A DNA stretch of 64,000 bases from positions 3,896 through 67,895 of the forward strand of contig CAMYZH010000001.1 of the NCBI GenBank assembly GCA_947303785.1, read 5' to 3'. The translations under genes and the position numbers were made by a program. The stretch is from an uncultured Clostridium sp. GTDB taxonomy: Bacteria; Bacillota; Clostridia; TANB77; CAG-508. The notes under the pieces were generated by a model. That model searched no databases and was not told the DNA's origin. It was given only the letters and a program-made list of their open reading frames with translations. Of the stretch, positions 59,177-64,000 are shown one piece after another; within the stretch, counting starts at the first letter, position 1; the number at the start of each line of letters is the position of its first letter.

Positions 59177-59776
59177 TTAAACAGCAGCTTTTGTTCTAAT
59201 TATTGATTCAATCTGTGTAGATATTTCAGCAGGTGCTTCTATAGCTCTTATTCTATTTTTATATTCTTTTAATAAACCTTTATATATTAATCTTGCATCT
59301 TTTAATTGTTTAAAATCTTCTGGTTTTATTATTTCAGGCAAATTCTTTACATTTACATTTCCAGAAGCTAGAGCATATTTTACAAATTCAGCACAATATA
59401 ATGCATTTTTTCTCTTGATTTTTTTGTTGAACATTACAAAAAATACTCCCCAAAAATTAAATTTATAATTTCTTCTTCTTTCATACATTTTTAATACCAC
59501 TTTTTTTATTTCATCATATTGTATGTCTGAAACATCTATTGAATATATTGATGTGGTCGTTTTTTTAAATCTTTTAAATGTACCTTTATAAAGATATTCT
59601 CTAACTAAACCTCCAATGAAGGCATTATAAGTAAATAATCTTCCAAAAGAATACATTTCATCTAAATCTTCATCAAATGCAATTGAAACATGAGAATAAT
59701 CATTTTTTGTATATAGTTTTATTAAATTTGATAATAGAGTTCCCGTATGTGTAAGAACGAGATATATTTTTTGCAT
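59177..59776 (-). CDS. Hypothetical protein, possibly YiiX-like permuted papain-fold (NlpC/P60 superfamily)
   Basis: 199 aa. LTHTGTLLSNLIKLYTKNDYSHVSIAF and a later YCAEFV Cys. Assignment is tentative. Confidence 0.4.
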   Translation of the reverse strand: MQKIYLVLTHTGTLLSNLIKLYTKNDYSHVSIAFDEDLDEMYSFGRLFTYNAFIGGLVREYLYKGTFKRFKKTTTSIYSIDVSDIQYDEIKKVVLKMYERRRNYKFNFWGVFFVMFNKKIKRKNALYCAEFVKYALASGNVNVKNLPEIIKPEDFKQLKDARLIYKGLLKEYKNRIRAIEAPAEISTQIESIIRTKAAV

Positions 59777-59886
59777 AAGTTACCTCTTTTTTTGAAATTT
59801 CACATATTATTATAACTTTTATCTCGTTTAATGTAAATATTATTTTGGCTCAATTAAAATTTTTTATTTTAAATTTAATAATTTTG

Positions 59887-60933
59887 TTATATTCTAAGCC
59901 TTTGCCCTATATATATTAAGTTTGGATTTTTTATTTGGTTAATTTGTACTATATTTTCAACTGTTGTATTAAATTTAATTGCTATATTATATAATGTGTC
60001 ACCTTGAATTACTGTATAAAAACTTTTACCAACTCCAGCTATTTTTTCATAGTTGGTATTTGTAATTATTGTCAATCTTTGCCCTGCATATATTAAGTTT
60101 GGATTACCTATCATGTTTAAATTTGCAATTTCAGCTATACTTGTATTATAGTCATTTGCAATTTGCCAAAGTGTATCTCCATATTTTACTATATATTCAA
60201 TTCTATCTGATGGATTTGTTTCAATAAATTCTGATGTTACTTTTTTTATTTCTGAATTATCATTTAATAAAATTTCCTTTGTAAATATATCTCGATCAAT
60301 ATATCCTTGAATTCCTTGAATATTTCCAATATCAGTATATTGTCTTCCCTCCCACGTCTTCCAATTACATGTAAAATCTTGAAGATTCATATTAGGGCCA
60401 TAATATGCTATCCATAATGGATATTTTTTTGGTAATTCAAATACATTTTGACTATTATATAAATCACTATATATAATTGTTTCTTTACCTGTTAAATTTT
60501 CTAATTCTTCTAAAAATGCAATTGATATATCATTTACATCATTATTACTTAAATCTCCGAAATCTTCAAAGTCCATTGCTAGCTTGCAATCTATATTTTT
60601 TCCTGATATAGAAGATGCAAAAAATCTTGCCTCTTGTTTGGCTTCAGTTATACTTCTAGCTGTGAGATAGTGATATACACCTACTTTCAAGCCATTTAAT
60701 TTTGCATTCTCATAATCTAATTCAAAATATGGATCTATATATTCTTTTCCTATGGTTGCTTCAATATAAACTATATCTATTCCGGCATTTTTTACTTTTT
60801 CAAAATCAATATATCCTTGCCATGCGCTTACATCAATTCCTTCATAATTGTCTTGTGATGTTGGTTCTACCGCATTAACGTGAATGCTTGAAATAATGAA
60901 AACTAACATTGAAATAATTAATATTTTTTTCAT
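59887..60933 (-). CDS. Secreted GH25 muramidase (lysozyme) with two C-terminal LysM domains
   Basis: 348 aa with a signal peptide. [13 protein letters not shown] ... YHY is the GH25 core. Two LysM repeats are present ([19 protein letters not shown]...AGQRLTI and [19 protein letters not shown]...IGQRLRI). Confidence 0.9.
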   Translation of the reverse strand: MKKILIISMLVFIISSIHVNAVEPTSQDNYEGIDVSAWQGYIDFEKVKNAGIDIVYIEATIGKEYIDPYFELDYENAKLNGLKVGVYHYLTARSITEAKQEARFFASSISGKNIDCKLAMDFEDFGDLSNNDVNDISIAFLEELENLTGKETIIYSDLYNSQNVFELPKKYPLWIAYYGPNMNLQDFTCNWKTWEGRQYTDIGNIQGIQGYIDRDIFTKEILLNDNSEIKKVTSEFIETNPSDRIEYIVKYGDTLWQIANDYNTSIAEIANLNMIGNPNLIYAGQRLTIITNTNYEKIAGVGKSFYTVIQGDTLYNIAIKFNTTVENIVQINQIKNPNLIYIGQRLRI

Positions 60934-61011
60934 ATATCCTCCATTTATATAATTTGTATATTATATGAGGATATTTTTTGAAAATTACTATTTTAAAATA
61001 ACGCATTAGAA

Positions 61012-62082
61012 CTATTGTTTTTTTAGTTCTGAATCATCTTCTCTATCTTCAATATTTTTATCTTCGCCTAACATTGCTCCTCCATTAGTTACTTGACTCA
61101 TAGTAGTATCTCCATATCCTGTCATTTCTTCTATAGATTTTGATAATGCGTTTTCTGGTTCTTCCTCTGAATATAGCCAATCAAAATAATCTTTAAAACT
61201 GTTGTTATTTCCGCATTTCTCAAAGAGCTCTCTAGCTTTATCTAGCCATTCTTGCAGCTTTTGTTTCCCTTGAACACTATCTCCAAATCTCGATTTTTTT
61301 ATATTATAAATAGTATAAAATTCCATTCCGTCTTCTATTTTCTTAGGTAATTCTAAACACTCACTTTGATTTTCTAAAAAGCTTTCTTTAATAGTTCTTA
61401 CTTTTGCCATTAAATCTTGAACATTATCTGAAGGAATCTCCCATCCAATAAGCCTAAAACTTCTACTAAAGCTAGGTACCATTCCTAAATTGCTAAAAAA
61501 AGTATCTAGTTTTCTTGAAAATAGTAAATACTGTGATGGTCTAATGATAAAATTATATTTTCCATCATCAAGGCTCTCTATCATGAATGAATGTATATCA
61601 GATTTTTTGTCTATAAAAAATGAAGCTAACTCAAATATATCTTCAGCTAATTTTTCTTCAGGTGGCTCTTCTCCGCTTTCAATTATTGCTGATAAATTGT
61701 TTATAAATTGATTACTTTCATCTTTGCTACATTCTAATTTTAATACTCCTATTCTATGCATATCCATTGAATCACTCGATAGTGGATTAACAACACCATG
61801 TGAAAATGATATTGATGAATTTGTTTCTTTTAAAGTTGCGCAAATCATTTTGCAGAGTTGACTTTTTTTAGAACCTTCTAAATTGAAATCTACATATGTT
61901 AATGGTCCCATATTGGTTCCGAATGTTTCAAGTCCATTATTATAACATTTCCATAAAAAATCTTCCATAGATTTATAGCCTTGAGACCAATCTTTAATTG
62001 CAACTTTAAGCTCATCTTCAGGTATGCTAGATATATCTATTGATGCACCATTATTATATTTTCCTCTTACATATTCAGCCAT
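61012..62082 (-). CDS. Hypothetical soluble protein
   Basis: 356-aa ORF with an acidic C-terminus. RBS AAGGAGAGAG lies upstream. No recognisable family. Confidence 0.5.
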   Translation of the reverse strand: MAEYVRGKYNNGASIDISSIPEDELKVAIKDWSQGYKSMEDFLWKCYNNGLETFGTNMGPLTYVDFNLEGSKKSQLCKMICATLKETNSSISFSHGVVNPLSSDSMDMHRIGVLKLECSKDESNQFINNLSAIIESGEEPPEEKLAEDIFELASFFIDKKSDIHSFMIESLDDGKYNFIIRPSQYLLFSRKLDTFFSNLGMVPSFSRSFRLIGWEIPSDNVQDLMAKVRTIKESFLENQSECLELPKKIEDGMEFYTIYNIKKSRFGDSVQGKQKLQEWLDKARELFEKCGNNNSFKDYFDWLYSEEEPENALSKSIEEMTGYGDTTMSQVTNGGAMLGEDKNIEDREDDSELKKQ

Positions 62083-62101
62083 ATTCTCTCTCCTTTATTT
62101 A

Positions 62102-62422
62102 TTATATCTTTTTAAACATTATTTCATATGTTCTTTTAAGCTCATTTTCTTCATTGCCCTGTAAAATCTTATATAATCTTTTTCGTTCTTCTTCTGAATT
62201 GCACCAATATTTTAAATGTAAATAACATATTACAGAAATTGCTTTTTTACTAATATTTTGTTCATTTAGCGCTTTTTGTCTGTCAATGTTAGGAATATAA
62301 TCATCATTTTTTCTTCTTTCAATTTTGGCTATTATATCATTTGGAATTTTTGATATGTATTTTTCTCCTAATGCCATTAATACACTGTATACCTCTGAAA
62401 ATACATTTTTATTCTGATTCAT
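62102..62422 (-). CDS. Hypothetical small protein
   Basis: 106-aa ORF with RBS AAGGAGAAAAAG upstream. No recognisable family. Confidence 0.45.
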   Translation of the reverse strand: MNQNKNVFSEVYSVLMALGEKYISKIPNDIIAKIERRKNDDYIPNIDRQKALNEQNISKKAISVICYLHLKYWCNSEEERKRLYKILQGNEENELKRTYEIMFKKI

Positions 62423-62552
62423 ACGCTTTTTCTCCTTAATAATTTAAGCTTCTTCATTCATTCTTTGGTCGCTTTCACTTTTATCCAGTGTTTCAGATGG
62501 TACTTGTTTTTTAGCTATAGAAACAGGTTCTTGAGCTCTTTTTTGTTCTTCC

Positions 62553-63965
62553 TCAGAATAATTTCTCATATCCCAAGAAGGATATCCGTTCTTCTTTTTC
62601 TCCTGATTCCCCTTCTGGCGGACTCTCATCTTGTTTAAGCAGTTTTTGATTTGCAAATAAATTTTTTATTTTATTAAATACTCTTTTAAAAACATTTTCT
62701 TTTTTTGCTGGAACCAAGCTTTGTTCTGGACTTGGTTCATTTAAATTGGCCTTCTCTTCTATTTGAGCAATGATTTCAAATTCTTTTTCTATCTCTTGTC
62801 TTGTCATTGGATTAGGTATCTCTTCTATCTTGCTTCCCGCCATCTCCTCTACTAAAAGTGAATCTATTTCTCTAATCAATAATCCAAATTGTGCTTGTCC
62901 TGTGTCTTCATCTATGTCAAATGTAGGTGTATATATTTTATTATTTTTTATTACATAATAATCAATTTTTCCTGTTTTTCTTGTAACTTTTACAAGTGTA
63001 TAATCTTCTAAATTATAAGAATCTTTTCCTCTATTATCATTGTAAATTGCTCGTGCAAACTCTTTTTTTGCATAATCCATACCTTTTTCTTCTGGCCAAA
63101 ACCACTGTGATTGATATTTATAGGATTCTAATCTTCTTTCTATTTCTTCTTCAGAAATTCCTAAATTTTCTAAAAGTTGTTTAGCCTCTTTATATTTTTG
63201 TTCATAATACTGTTTATAAACTATATCTCCACTATATTTTTTATTTTCTTTTTCTCCATTATAATATACTTTTGCTCTTACTCTTTCAAAATTTCTTAGT
63301 TTTTCAAAATAATTCTCTGCATCTTTTAAGGAATGAATATCTTCAAAGTCTTTATCAAAAACCATTTGAAGCAGTCTATCTTGTGTATTAGCTAATATTT
63401 CCAAATCTTGAAATCCTTTAGGAGATGAAATTTGATTTTTTATAGTATTTGTTTTACCAGCTAAATATATAAAATTACGTAATCCGTATTTATTTATAAA
63501 ATCTACTTCAAATGATAGATCTCCATTTACAATACTGTCATACGATTTTTGGCCAGTTGCTACTTCCATTTGTTGAATTATAGATAATAACTCTTCATAT
63601 CCAGCATCACCTGAAAAATTAAAAAATGCTTCTCCAGAACTATTCTTACCTAAGTATCTTTTTCCATGAGATACTTGTTTTCCATAAAAAGCTTCCGTTA
63701 AATTTTCAGTTTGACCTTCTAATAGTCCTGTTAAAAAACACAGATAGTAAATTATTGAACTTTCTCCTGTTTGTGCGTGAATTGCTTCATGGAATCGTGT
63801 TCTTTTTGAGTGTATATCATTCCATTTATTAATTACCATATCTGCATAAATAATAGTATACAATAAAGGGAAATGCATTCCAAAATAATTTGCTATTTTA
63901 TTTGGAATTCTTCTATATTCTGTTTCTTCAATAACAGTATTTACTTGTTCTTCATTAAAATTCAT
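62553..63965 (-). CDS. Hypothetical protein with an HExxH motif
   Basis: 470-aa ORF with HEAIH near residue 60. Its C-terminus overlaps a second open frame (62444-62656). Confidence 0.5.
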   Translation of the reverse strand: MNFNEEQVNTVIEETEYRRIPNKIANYFGMHFPLLYTIIYADMVINKWNDIHSKRTRFHEAIHAQTGESSIIYYLCFLTGLLEGQTENLTEAFYGKQVSHGKRYLGKNSSGEAFFNFSGDAGYEELLSIIQQMEVATGQKSYDSIVNGDLSFEVDFINKYGLRNFIYLAGKTNTIKNQISSPKGFQDLEILANTQDRLLQMVFDKDFEDIHSLKDAENYFEKLRNFERVRAKVYYNGEKENKKYSGDIVYKQYYEQKYKEAKQLLENLGISEEEIERRLESYKYQSQWFWPEEKGMDYAKKEFARAIYNDNRGKDSYNLEDYTLVKVTRKTGKIDYYVIKNNKIYTPTFDIDEDTGQAQFGLLIREIDSLLVEEMAGSKIEEIPNPMTRQEIEKEFEIIAQIEEKANLNEPSPEQSLVPAKKENVFKRVFNKIKNLFANQKLLKQDESPPEGESGEKEERISFLGYEKLF

Positions 63966-64000
63966 ACCTAACTTTTGTTTGGCATTTTGAAAAACTTCTT

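Noticed and set aside
63968-64000. A partial open frame at the right edge (minus strand, ...KKFFKMPNKS stop at 63970-63968), and an ATG at positions 3-1 at the left edge.
   Set aside because: Both are too short to identify. They are only noted as probable gene ends or starts that continue outside the window.

Overview
This is a low-GC chromosomal segment of Bacillota (Clostridia or Erysipelotrichia) type. It is about 90% coding and nearly all genes lie on the minus strand. The housekeeping backbone includes metG, glmM, tgt, queA, coaE, rnhA, tmcAL, thrS with a Thr T-box leader, mutL, metK, smpB, fba, nadD and tmk. Between these sit many lineage-specific membrane or secreted hypothetical proteins (WG-repeat proteins, HExxH proteins, K/E-rich coiled coils). 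Other modules are a Znu-type zinc ABC operon, a ZIP zinc transporter, a glycolipid-type cluster (lipid kinase, GT8, GT8::acyltransferase fusion, acyltransferase), a TetR/MMPL/YhgE-like divergon, a P-type Ca-ATPase and a GH25-LysM muramidase. I saw no rRNA, tRNA, CRISPR array, transposase or integrase. The main hunt result is a roughly 575-nt stretch at 30900-31474 that is ORF-free, GC-enriched and dense in hairpins, with its own near-consensus promoter. It lies between two large uncharacterised proteins and is a candidate large structured RNA of unassigned class. Second, a 133-bp element with perfect 44-bp inverted arms made of tandem TGTCAAATGGGAC units abuts the thrS promoter (36414-36546). 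Third, the window carries an unusual load of disrupted genes. These are a znuC-like ATPase with a nonsense codon, a ZIP gene with two +1 frameshifts in the same sequence context, two homopolymer frameshifts and a gutted HAD gene. They reflect either real gene decay, notably of both zinc importers, or assembly error. All functional calls come from motif recognition by eye and no searches were run.
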